The position numbers and the translations under genes are program-made. Source: an uncultured delta proteobacterium (GTDB taxonomy: Bacteria; Myxococcota; Myxococcia; Myxococcales; Anaeromyxobacteraceae). Taken from it: DNA of 64,000 nucleotides. The stretch is from positions 45,966 through 109,965 of the forward strand of contig CAWFDF010000016.1 in NCBI GenBank assembly GCA_963814585.1, in the 5' to 3' direction. Under the pieces are notes generated by a model. The model searched no databases and had not been told where the DNA came from. It was given only the letters and a program-made list of their open reading frames with translations. Shown one piece after another: positions 1-10,247 of this stretch. How positions within the stretch are numbered: position 1 is the stretch's first letter; each line of letters starts with the position of its first letter.

Positions 1-116
1 ACTTCACCGGCAAGGCGGTGAAGCTGGACACGGCGAAGGACATCACCACCGTCGAGGTGGCGGAGTTCTCGATCGCCAGGCGGCCCAAGCCCGGCGCCTT
101 CAAGGGGTGCCTGTGA
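1..116 (+). CDS. 3' end of an unidentified gene (…FTGKAVKLDTAKDITTVEVAEFSIARRPKPGAFKGCL*)
   Basis: Open frame from position 3 with GC3-rich codons, ending TGA at 114-116, 19 nt before the mrp start. Confidence 0.6.
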   Translation, partial: FTGKAVKLDTAKDITTVEVAEFSIARRPKPGAFKGCL

Positions 117-135
117 CGGCGCCGCGAGGGGCGCC

Positions 136-1008
136 GTGAGCGAGGGGGCCGCCCTGGTCCAGCTGGGCGGGCGCCAGGAGGTCCCCTTCGGCCACACCGC
201 GGCGCCGCACGACCGCGCCCCCTGGGCCCGCCACGTGGTCCTCTTCACCAGCGGCAAGGGCGGCGTGGGCAAGTCGACGGTGGCGGTCAACGTGGCCAAC
301 GCCCTGGCGCAGCGTGGCCTGCGGGTCGGGCTCCTCGACGCCGACGTCCACGGCCCCAGCGTGCCGCGCATGCTGCAGCTCGAGGGCGAGCGGGTGCGGT
401 GGAACGACGCCGGCCGGATGGTCCCCGCCGAGAACTTCGGCCTCCGCGTCATGAGCGTGGGGCTGACCACGCCGGACGCCGACACGCCGCTGGCCTGGCG
501 CTCCGCGGTGGCCATCACGGCGCTGCTCCAGCTGCTCGACGACGTGGCCTGGGGCGAGCTGGACGTGCTGGCCATCGACCTGCCGCCCGGCACCGGCGAC
601 GTGCCGCTCACCCTGGCGCAGGAGCTCCGCGTGGGCGCCGCCGTGGTGGTGACCACGCCGCAGCTGGTGGCCACCGACGACGTGCGGCGCGCCCTGCGGC
701 TCCTGCTCGAGGTGGGCGTGCCGGTGGCCGGCGTGGTGGAGAACATGAGCGGCTTCGTCGCTCCCGACACCGGCGTCCGCCACCACCCGTTCGGCGAGGG
801 CGGTGGCCGGGCGCTGGCCGGCGACTTCGAGGTCCCCTTCCTCGGCGAGATCCCGCTCGACCCGGCCATCTGCGCCGCGGCCGACGCCGGGACGCCCATC
901 GCCGCGGTGGGCGGAGAGGCGCACCGGGCCCTCTTCGCCGGCCTGGCCGAGCGGCTCTGGACGTGGCTGGAGTCGCGGGCGGCTGGCGAGGCGAGCACGG
1001 GCCGATAG
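136..1008 (+). CDS. mrp: Mrp/NBP35 (ApbC) family P-loop ATPase
   Basis: SGKGGVGKST deviant Walker A; DADVHGPS, DLPPGTGD, VTTPQ and VENMS motifs. Confidence 0.9.
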   Translation: MSEGAALVQLGGRQEVPFGHTAAPHDRAPWARHVVLFTSGKGGVGKSTVAVNVANALAQRGLRVGLLDADVHGPSVPRMLQLEGERVRWNDAGRMVPAENFGLRVMSVGLTTPDADTPLAWRSAVAITALLQLLDDVAWGELDVLAIDLPPGTGDVPLTLAQELRVGAAVVVTTPQLVATDDVRRALRLLLEVGVPVAGVVENMSGFVAPDTGVRHHPFGEGGGRALAGDFEVPFLGEIPLDPAICAAADAGTPIAAVGGEAHRALFAGLAERLWTWLESRAAGEASTGR

Positions 1009-1061
1009 GCCGCCAGCACGGAACGAAGATTCATCCTTCAGCGGGACCCCTGCCAGGTCGC

Positions 1062-1114
1062 TTGACCTGAAACCAAAACTTATTCTATGAAGTCCGACTC
1101 TTGACCGCGATCAA
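1062..1114 (+). promoter_or_regulatory. Putative sigma70 promoter (TTGACC-N18-TATGAA) followed by an FNR/CRP-type box TTGAC-CGCG-ATCAA (1101-1114)
   Basis: AT-rich island upstream of the oxidase operon; the box matches TTGAT-N4-ATCAA at 9 of 10 positions. Confidence 0.5.
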
Positions 1115-1994
1115 TCAAGCTCCTGGAACTACCCGTTTTCGCGATCCTTCGTCCAGGCCGGGATGGCGCTCCCTGGTCACGATCGGGTCGCTGGCCGCCG
1201 CAGCGCTGGCGGCCCCTCCTGCCCTGGCCCAGACCACCGACCAGCTCAAGCGAGAGGTGGCCAGCATCGGCGTCGAGGAGCGGCTCGGCGCCGCCGTGCC
1301 CCGCGCGGCCACCTTCACCGACTCGGAGGGGCGCCCGGTCACGCTGGCGGAGCTCGGCGGCCGGCCGCTCCTCCTCTCCTTCAACTACACCAGCTGCCCG
1401 CGGCTCTGCGGCCTGCAGCTCTCCGGCCTGTCGCGGGCGCTGCGCGATCTCGGCTGGAGCGGCGACCGCTTCGGCGTGCTGACGGTGAGCATCGACCCCG
1501 ACGAGCAGCGTCCCCAGCTGGCCCGCTACAAGCAGGCGCACGTGCGCGAGGCCGGCGGCAGCGACGGCGCCGACCGGGCCTGGCGCTTCGTCACCGGGCC
1601 GAAGGCCGACGTGGACGCGCTGGCCGAGGCGGTGGGCTTCAAGTACCGCTACGACCCGAGGACCAAGGAGTACGCCCACCAGGCCACCCTGGTGGTCCTC
1701 ACCGGCGACGGGCGGGTCAGCGGCTACCTGCACGGCATCAGCTACCCGGCCCCGGCGCTCACCGCGGCCCTGGCGCGGGCCTCGTCGAACAGCGTCGCCA
1801 CCACCGAGGAGCAGCGCAGCGTCGGCGGCTTCCTCCTCACCTGCATGGGCTTCGACCCGGCCGACCCGGCCCCGCTGGCGCTCAAGGCCATGCGCACCGG
1901 CGGCACCGCCGCCCTGGTCTTCCTCGTCTCCTTCCTCGGCTACCACGCGCTCCGCGGCGCCAGGCGCCGCCGCCTCCAGGAAAAGGCACCATGA
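1101..1994 (+). CDS. SCO1/SenC copper chaperone (true start uncertain)
   Basis: CPRLC (CxxxC) motif, SIDP, conserved His in YAHQ, C-terminal TM helix; ATGA overlap with coxB. Confidence 0.9.
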   Translation: MTAINQAPGTTRFRDPSSRPGWRSLVTIGSLAAAALAAPPALAQTTDQLKREVASIGVEERLGAAVPRAATFTDSEGRPVTLAELGGRPLLLSFNYTSCPRLCGLQLSGLSRALRDLGWSGDRFGVLTVSIDPDEQRPQLARYKQAHVREAGGSDGADRAWRFVTGPKADVDALAEAVGFKYRYDPRTKEYAHQATLVVLTGDGRVSGYLHGISYPAPALTAALARASSNSVATTEEQRSVGGFLLTCMGFDPADPAPLALKAMRTGGTAALVFLVSFLGYHALRGARRRRLQEKAP

Positions 1995-2964
1995 CCCTCG
2001 CCCCCGGGCTGCTCCAGGCCCTCCTCCTCGCCGGCCCCGGCTACCTGCCGGAGCGCGCCTCCAGCGTGGCCGAGGGGGTGGACCACGTCTTCGGCTTCAT
2101 CTTCTGGGTGAGCGCCGTCTCGCTGGTGCTCATCGTGGCGGTCACGGTGGTCTTCGTGCTGCGCTACCGGGCCAGCGCCTCGCGCCAGGCGCCGGAGGCC
2201 TCGCCCGACCACTCCACCCGCCTGGAGCTGACCTGGTCCGGCATCCCGCTGGTCCTGGTGCTGGTGATGTTCGGCCTCTCCACCAAGGTCTACCTGGAGA
2301 TGACCTCCAACCCGCCCGGCCAGGCGCCGGCCCAGGTCAAGGTGACGGCCAAGAAGTGGTCGTGGTGGTTCGACCACCCGGACGGCATGGGGGCCAAGGA
2401 CCTGCACCTGGTGGTGGATCGCCCGGTCGAGCTGGTGCTGGCCTCGATCGACGTCGTCCATTCCCTGTACGTGCCGCAGTTCCGCCTCAAGCAGGACGCG
2501 GTCCCGGGCCGCTACACCCGGATGAACTTCACCCCCACCAAGGCCGGCACCTTCCCCATCCTCTGCACCGAGTACTGCGGGACCAACCACTCGCAGATGC
2601 TGGCCGAGGTGGTGGTCCACGAGGACCAGGCCTCCTACGACGCCTGGGCCGCCGAGGGGCGCTCCCCCACCCTCTCGCTGGTCGACCAGGGGCACAAGGT
2701 CTTCGACGAGCGGGGCTGCACCGCCTGCCACAGCGAGGACGGCTCGGAGGGGCTCGGGCCGACCGTCAAGGGGCTGTGGGGCAAGACCGAGAAGCTGGTG
2801 GGCGGCGGCACCGCCGTCGTCGACGAGAACTACGTGCGCGAGTCGATCGTGGCGCCCGGCAAGAAGATCGTGGCCGGCTACGACGACCTGATGCCGCCCA
2901 CCCCGCTCGAGGAGCGGGACCTGCTGGCGCTCATCGCCTACCTGCAGAGCCTGAAGGAGAAGCC

Positions 2965-2968
<4 letters not shown>
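1991..2968 (+). CDS. coxB: Cytochrome c oxidase subunit II with fused C-terminal cytochrome c (caa3 type)
   Basis: Two TM helices, DVVHS and [12 protein letters not shown]uA ligands, CTACH haem c motif; ATG at 1991 lies in the 1163..2968 frame. Confidence 0.95.
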
Positions 2969-4631
<1,663 letters not shown>

Positions 4632-4635
<4 letters not shown>

Positions 4636-5336
4636 GCGGCCCGGCGTCACCTCGGCCGGTGGCGGGCACCGCCTCGCCCTTCCTCGCCAGCCACTTCCGG
4701 AGCATGGGGGAGCAGCTCGACGCCAGCAAGCTGGGGCTGTGGCTCTTCCTGGCCAGCGAGCTGCTCTTCTTCGGCGGGCTCTTCGTGGCCTACGCCGTCT
4801 ACCGGGCCAACCACCCCGAGCTGTTCCACTACGCCCACCACTTCCTCGACTGGCGCCTGGGCGGCCTCAACACGCTGGTGCTGATCGGCAGCAGCCTGAC
4901 CGCCGCCTGGGCGGTGCGCAGCGCGCAGCTGGGCCGGCAGCGCGAGCTGCGGCTCCTGCTGGTCGCCACCCTGCTGCTGGCCAGCGTCTTCCTGGTGGTG
5001 AAGTACTTCGAGTACACCCACAAGCTGCACCACGGCGTCTTCTGGGGCGCCGCCTACCACCCCAGCGAGGAGATCCTGGCCTCGCTGCCGGCGGCGCTGC
5101 GGGCGGCGCCGGTCCCGGCGCACCTCGGCACCTTCTTCAGCATCTACTTCCTCATGACCGGCCTGCACGGCATCCACGTGCTGGTCGGCATGGGGCTGTA
5201 CCTGTGGCTGATCCGGCGGGCCGGGCGCGGCGACTTCTCGCCCGGCTACTACGTCCCGGTCGACGCGGTGGCCCTCTACTGGCACCTGGTCGACATGATC
5301 TGGATCTTCCTCTTCCCGCTCTTCTACCTGATCTGA
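4632..5336 (+). CDS. coxC: Cytochrome c oxidase subunit III
   Basis: [15 protein letters not shown] and YWHLVDMIW motifs; ATG at 4632. Confidence 0.95.
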
Positions 5337-5347
5337 CGAGGCCGGCC

Positions 5348-5726
5348 ATGAACGACCACGCCGCTCCCCACGCCGCGCCGGCCGCCGAGGCCGCCCCGCA
5401 CGCGCTCCCCGCCTCGGTGCTGCTCGGCACCGCCGGGGCCCTGCTGGCGCTCACGGCGCTCACGGTGGCCTCCTCGCGCCTCGACCTGGGCCCCTTCAAC
5501 ATCGTCCTGGCGCTGGCCATCGCCGGCCTGAAGGCCTCGCTGGTGGCCATGTTCTTCATGCACCTCAGGTACGAGCACCGCTTCCAGGCGGTGATCTTCG
5601 TCTCGGCGCTCTTCTTCGTGGCCCTCTTCGTCGGCTTCGTGGTGTTCGACACCATGCAGTACCAGCCGGACCTGAGGGCCGCGGTGGAGGCGGCGGCGGC
5701 CGCTCCCAGCCCGTCATCCCAGGTAG
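5348..5726 (+). CDS. coxD: Cytochrome c oxidase subunit IV (caa3 CtaF-like); 3' end uncertain
   Basis: Three hydrophobic helices with KASLVAMFFMHLRYE; no in-frame stop at the expected place, nearest TAG (5724-5726) is out of frame. Confidence 0.8.
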
Positions 5727-5803
5727 CCCGTCCCTCCCAGGTTGCCCGTCCCGGCGCCACCACCTCATCGGGCGCGGGGGGGGGGTCCTGCTTCCTCGCG
5801 GAA

Positions 5804-6388
5804 CTAGAGCGAGAACTTCACGCCGACGTTCCAGTAGAACGAGCGGGTGGCCCCGACGTCGACGGTGCTGACCTTGCTCAGGTCGGTGAGCGACCACTCG
5901 TACTTCAGGTCGGTGAAGAGGAAGAGGAAGTCGAGGCCGGCGCCCACGAAGGCGCCGTAGGTCGGGCTCTCGAAGTCCGACTTGGTGAGGCCGGTGACGT
6001 TGACCGCCGTCACCACGAAGGCCGAGGCGCCGCCGAAGGCTCGCAGGGCGAAGTCCGCCTTCGGATCGCCGATGAGGTGGAACCCGACCATGGCGGGGAT
6101 CTGCAGGCCGGTGATGCTGGTGAAGTCGATGCTGCCGCTCGGGGTGGTGGAGGTGATGTCCGCGCTCTTCTGGGAGTAGAAGACCCCGCCCTCGAAGTAG
6201 AGCGACTCGCCGAGCAGCACCGTGCCGCCCAACTGCCAGCCCGCCTTGCCGCTGGCGGTCCCGCCCTGCGGATCGGAGGCCACGTCGGTGAAGGTGAGGC
6301 CCAGCGCGGGCTTGAGCTCGAGCGCGCCGGCCAGGCCGGGAAGGAGGAGGGCGGCGAGGAGGAGGGCGGTGGGCGCGAGACGGTTCAT
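5804..6388 (-). CDS. Small outer-membrane beta-barrel (porin-like) protein
   Basis: Signal peptide MNRLAPTALLLAALLLPGLAGA, amphipathic beta strands, C-terminal YWNVGVKFSL. Confidence 0.8.
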   Translation of the reverse strand: MNRLAPTALLLAALLLPGLAGALELKPALGLTFTDVASDPQGGTASGKAGWQLGGTVLLGESLYFEGGVFYSQKSADITSTTPSGSIDFTSITGLQIPAMVGFHLIGDPKADFALRAFGGASAFVVTAVNVTGLTKSDFESPTYGAFVGAGLDFLFLFTDLKYEWSLTDLSKVSTVDVGATRSFYWNVGVKFSL

Positions 6389-6556
6389 GGCGGGGCCTTT
6401 CCGGGGGAGGGCGCAACGTTCGGGCCGCGGTGGCGCTGCGGCGGGGCGTCGAGGGCTCCCCTCACGGTAACGACGGCGGCGTGGCCGCGCAAGTTCGCGT
6501 CCGGACGGGCGCCGGGCGTCGGAGCGGTACCTGGCCGCGAATCCGCCTCGACTTCG

Positions 6557-6586
6557 TTGACCAGCCGCGGCGGTCCTCCCTAGGAT
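6557..6586 (+). promoter_or_regulatory. Putative sigma70 promoter TTGACC-N18-TAGGAT
   Basis: Near-consensus hexamers about 30 nt upstream of the GGAGG RBS and ATG 6615. Confidence 0.4.
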
Positions 6587-6614
6587 GCCGCTCAGTCCAA
6601 TCGCGCTGGAGGGG

Positions 6615-7730
6615 ATGATGCTCAGGACGCTGGTGGTCATGGTGCTGCTGGTGGCTACGACGGCCCGCGCCCAGGAGGGTGCGGCGAGCCCGCCGAAGCC
6701 GGAGGCGCCCAGGAAGACGCGGATCGCGGTGCTGGACGTGCAGTACGCCGGCGCCGGCGACCGCAAGACGGTGGAGGGGCTCTCGGCGCTGCTGGCCTCC
6801 GAGGTGGCCCGCCGGCCCAACCTGGCGGTGCTGGCCGGCGCGGACCTGCGGGCGCTGGTTGGCTTCGAGCGGCAGAAGCAGCTGCTGGGGTGCACCGAGA
6901 GCGCCTGCATCGCCGAGCTGGCGGGGGCGCTCGGCGTGGCCTACCTGGTCTCCAGCGAGGTCTCCAAGGTGGGGACCACCTGGCTGCTGAGCCTGACGCT
7001 GCTCGACGCCGGCAAGGCCCAGGCGCTGAACCGGCTGACCCGCAAGGCCTACTCCGACGACCAGCTCGTCGAGGAGACCTCCACCGCCGTGGACGAGCTG
7101 CTGAAGGCGCTGCCCGCGGCCGGCGCGCCGCTCCCGCCCTCCGCCCAGGCGCCCCGCGCCGAGCCGGCCCCGGCGACCCAGGCGCCCGGACAGGTCCCGC
7201 CCGGCTTCCACCGGCACGACGGCTTCTTCCTGCGCCTCCACCTCGGCGTCGGCGGGCTCAAGAGCAGCAGCGACACGCTGGACTTCTCGGGAACCTCGGG
7301 GAGCTTCGCGGTCGCGGCCGGCCTCTCCATCATCGACAACCTGGTGCTCTACGGCGAGATCTTCGACGACGTGGCCACCAGCCCCGAGGTGAAGTTCAAC
7401 GGGCAGCCGGTCACGGCCAGCGGCTCGGTCACGCACGCCCTCATCGGCTACGGGGTCGGCCTGGCCTACTACTTCGTGCCCTTCAACGGGTACATCGGCC
7501 TCACCGCCGGCGTCGGCGGCCTCAGCCTCGAGGCGGACGGCCAGACCTACAGCACCGAGAACGGCCCGGTGATCCGCCTCAGCGTGGGCAAGGAGTGGTG
7601 GGTCTCGACCGACTGGGGCATCGGCGTGGCCCTCAACCTGGTGAAGGGCAGCGCCAAGGACTCGCCGCCCGGCACCGAGACCTTCAGCAGCACCTCCTGG
7701 AGCGTCGCCTTCTCGGCGACCTACAACTGA
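6615..7730 (+). CDS. Secreted protein: myxobacterial alpha/beta (CsgG/TolB-N-like) domain, Pro-rich linker, C-terminal OM beta-barrel
   Basis: Signal peptide; RIAVLDV…LLGCTESACIAELAGALG domain; barrel region ending SVAFSATYN. Confidence 0.7.
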   Translation: MMLRTLVVMVLLVATTARAQEGAASPPKPEAPRKTRIAVLDVQYAGAGDRKTVEGLSALLASEVARRPNLAVLAGADLRALVGFERQKQLLGCTESACIAELAGALGVAYLVSSEVSKVGTTWLLSLTLLDAGKAQALNRLTRKAYSDDQLVEETSTAVDELLKALPAAGAPLPPSAQAPRAEPAPATQAPGQVPPGFHRHDGFFLRLHLGVGGLKSSSDTLDFSGTSGSFAVAAGLSIIDNLVLYGEIFDDVATSPEVKFNGQPVTASGSVTHALIGYGVGLAYYFVPFNGYIGLTAGVGGLSLEADGQTYSTENGPVIRLSVGKEWWVSTDWGIGVALNLVKGSAKDSPPGTETFSSTSWSVAFSATYN

Positions 7731-7790
7731 CGGTGCCGCCCGGGCCGGGGCACGGGCCCGGGCGGTGAGCCGGCGCGCCGGCTGGAGCCT

Positions 7791-7965
7791 AGTGCGTGCC
7801 GGCAAGATGCCTACTGCGAGAGCCAATCCTCTCGCTGCGGCAGGCGGCCTCGTCGGTCCGCTGCTCAGTGTAGCGCTGCTACGCTTCCGCTGCTCCCTCC
7901 TCGGGCGCCAGCCTCGCTTCGGTCTCGGCTCTCTCGTCACGTCATCTTGCCTGGGGCGCGGCACT
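7791..7965. repeat. MITE-like palindromic repeat, copy 1
   Basis: Ends AGTGC…GGCAAGATG / CATCTTGCC…GCACT; near-identical to the reverse complement of 47735-47912; lies between convergent genes. Confidence 0.85.
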
Positions 7966-7981
7966 CGCGGCCCGGGGGCTC

Positions 7982-8539
7982 TCAGGGCCCGGCGCAGCCG
8001 AAGGCCCGGTTGGAGCGCCGCGCCGCCGCCAGCTTCGCCTCGCTGGCCACGTCCTCGCGCGCGGCGGCCAGCGCCCGCGGCCAGTCGATCACCTCGCCGC
8101 CGTGGTCGCGGACGAAGGCGGCGGCCGCCTCCGGCGTGGCGAAGGCCCACTTCGGCCGCGCTGCCATGACGGCGCGCTTGCGCCCGCCCATGACCCAGGT
8201 GGCGGTGGTGCTCTCGAGGAGCTGGTGGGTGTCGCGGTCGGCCACCAGCAGCTCCTTCACCGCCTTGCCAGGGTGGGCGTCGAGCTCGGTGACGGCGCAG
8301 TGCAGGCTGCAGGTGCCCACCTCGCTGCCGTCCTGGTAGCGGACCAGGGCCCGGCTGAACCCGTAGGCCTTCCGGTCCATGCCGCAGTAGCTGCACTCAC
8401 GGTGAAGAGGGACGTCCTCCTGGCCGGCGGCCAGCGCCCCGGCGGCGGCCAGCGCCCCGGCCAGCACCAGCCAGGCGCGGGGCCGCCGGATCGGCGCCCG
8501 CCCGGCGGCCTGCGGGCCACGGCGCGGCGGGGCGCTCAC
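7982..8539 (-). CDS. NosL-family metal (Cu) binding protein
   Basis: CSYCGM, CSLHC, ATWVMG…VM, AF…AAAFVRDHGG; GTG start overlaps the upstream stop (GTGA). Confidence 0.85.
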   Translation of the reverse strand: MSAPPRRGPQAAGRAPIRRPRAWLVLAGALAAAGALAAGQEDVPLHRECSYCGMDRKAYGFSRALVRYQDGSEVGTCSLHCAVTELDAHPGKAVKELLVADRDTHQLLESTTATWVMGGRKRAVMAARPKWAFATPEAAAAFVRDHGGEVIDWPRALAAAREDVASEAKLAAARRSNRAFGCAGP

Positions 8540-9090
8540 GGCAGGGCCTCCAGGACGGACTGGAGCTTGCTCCGCGTGTACTCGCCGTTCATGCGGACCA
8601 CGTGGTCCCGGTCCACCACCACCACCGCCATGCCCGCCTGGTAGAAGCGCTCGACGGGGGCGCCCACGTCGGCCAGCACGGTGAAGCGGGTGGTGCCCCA
8701 GCCCGAGGCGGCCTGCGCCGAGCCGGCCGCGTCGACGCTGCCGGAGACGTAGTCGAGCGCGAGGAAGGGGACGTCGGGGAAGGCGGGCATGACGTAGCCC
8801 TGCATGTCGCTCATGTGGCTGTCGCAGATGGGACACCACATGGTGAAGTAGAGGACCGCGCCGCGCGCCGAGCCGAGCGTGGCGTACAGCGAGACCGTGC
8901 CCCCGGAGACGTTCGCCAGCGTGAAGTCGGGCGCGAGCTGGCCGACGGCGGGGCCGACCGTCCCCGGCACCACGGCGGGCCGCTCGTCGGCGCCAGAGGG
9001 AAAGAGATCGTCGCCCACGCCGCCGCAGCCGGCCAGGAAGAGCAGGAGGCCGAGCAGCGGCGCCCCGATGCGGCGCTCAGCGCAGCACAT
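8536..9090 (-). CDS. Redoxin/TlpA-like thioredoxin-fold lipoprotein
   Basis: Lipobox FLAGC, VGQLAPDFTL, WCPIC active site. Confidence 0.85.
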   Translation of the reverse strand: MCCAERRIGAPLLGLLLFLAGCGGVGDDLFPSGADERPAVVPGTVGPAVGQLAPDFTLANVSGGTVSLYATLGSARGAVLYFTMWCPICDSHMSDMQGYVMPAFPDVPFLALDYVSGSVDAAGSAQAASGWGTTRFTVLADVGAPVERFYQAGMAVVVVDRDHVVRMNGEYTRSKLQSVLEALP

Positions 9091-10045
9091 ATCGAGCCCC
9101 CAGCGTGACGATGTCGGTGGTCGGGAAGTTCCGCCCCCAGCCGTTCGCCTGGATGGCGTGGGACCAGGCCAGGCGCGCCGACCAGTCCTCGTCGGTGCCG
9201 GCCCAGGTGAGCGTGCCGGTGACGGCCGACTTCTCCATGCCGCTCGACGGATCCGGCGCGCCGGCGATGGTGCCCGGGTCCTCCCTGAGCCAGGAGATGG
9301 CGCCGCTCAGCGCCAGCGAGGTGCCGCCGGTCCCCAGGAAGGTCCGGTAGCCGAGCGAGCCGCTGGCCAGGGCGCGGTTCCCCAGCCGCTTGCGGTAGGG
9401 TTCGACCCAGTTCCCGTAGAAGCGGTTGACGGGCCGCTCCAGGTAGAGGCCGTAGGCCAGCGAGGCCGAGCCGCTCCAGGCGCGGTAGCTCTTGTCGAGC
9501 ATGACCGTGGCGTCGAGCCGGTAGAAGCCGCGGCCGGTCACGTCGAAGCTGCTGGCCACGTCGTCGTAGGGCGAGAGGCCGGTGGGGACGGTGAGGGTGG
9601 GGCCGATGGTGACCGACGGGATCAGGTCGCCGGCCGTGGCGGCCCGCCAGGCCGATCGCTCGGTCCAGGCCTCCCACCAGAGGCTCAGCGACGAGTCGCC
9701 GAGCCCACGCGTCTTCGAGGCCTGCCCCGAGTAGACGTTGCTGTTCCAGACATACGGGACGGTGACCGCGGCCTGCCAGGGGCCCGAGAGCCGCCAGGCG
9801 CCGGTGAGGTTGAGCCGGCCCTGGAAGAGGCGCGAGCCGGGCGGATCCGGCCGGTGGACGCGGCCGGTGTCCCAGTAGCCGTCGTACTTCTCCAGGTCGA
9901 GCGACAGGTCGAGCAGGGCCCGCTCCCCCCGCGGCAGGACGCTGGCGCCGCCGCCGCCGCCACCGCAGCAGGACGCGGCCCGGGCCTGGCCGGGGACCGC
10001 CAGCGCCAGGAAGAACCCAAGGACCGCTCCCCACCTCGTGACCAC
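9077..10045 (-). CDS. Outer-membrane beta-barrel 'transporter' family protein with N-terminal CC motif
   Basis: Signal peptide then ASCCGGGG; GLGDSSL and LTVPTG motifs; aromatic amphipathic strands; C-terminal LGARYVLR. Confidence 0.7.
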   Translation of the reverse strand: MVTRWGAVLGFFLALAVPGQARAASCCGGGGGGASVLPRGERALLDLSLDLEKYDGYWDTGRVHRPDPPGSRLFQGRLNLTGAWRLSGPWQAAVTVPYVWNSNVYSGQASKTRGLGDSSLSLWWEAWTERSAWRAATAGDLIPSVTIGPTLTVPTGLSPYDDVASSFDVTGRGFYRLDATVMLDKSYRAWSGSASLAYGLYLERPVNRFYGNWVEPYRKRLGNRALASGSLGYRTFLGTGGTSLALSGAISWLREDPGTIAGAPDPSSGMEKSAVTGTLTWAGTDEDWSARLAWSHAIQANGWGRNFPTTDIVTLGARYVLR

Positions 10046-10247
10046 GCAGCTCCCTCTCGCAGCGGCCGATGCGGCCACGTGTCGCACCACGCGCCGCCTC
10101 CCGCGACCGGCCGGACTCGCCCACCGGTGAGCCTAGGCCTCCCTGGGCCCGGGGCGCTGCGTCCAGTTGTCACAAACATCGGTAAGAGAAGGCTTTCGGG
10201 TGCCCGACCTTGATAAGGCCAGGGCTTCTCCTGGGAGGGACCCGACC

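Noticed and set aside
1019..1034. Possible sigma54 site GGAACG-AAGA-TTCA
   Set aside because: Deviates at the -12 GC, and a better sigma70-like promoter lies downstream
4739..6583. CoxD as a large fusion protein
   Set aside because: The extension is the antisense of the porin gene and is better explained by a lost stop
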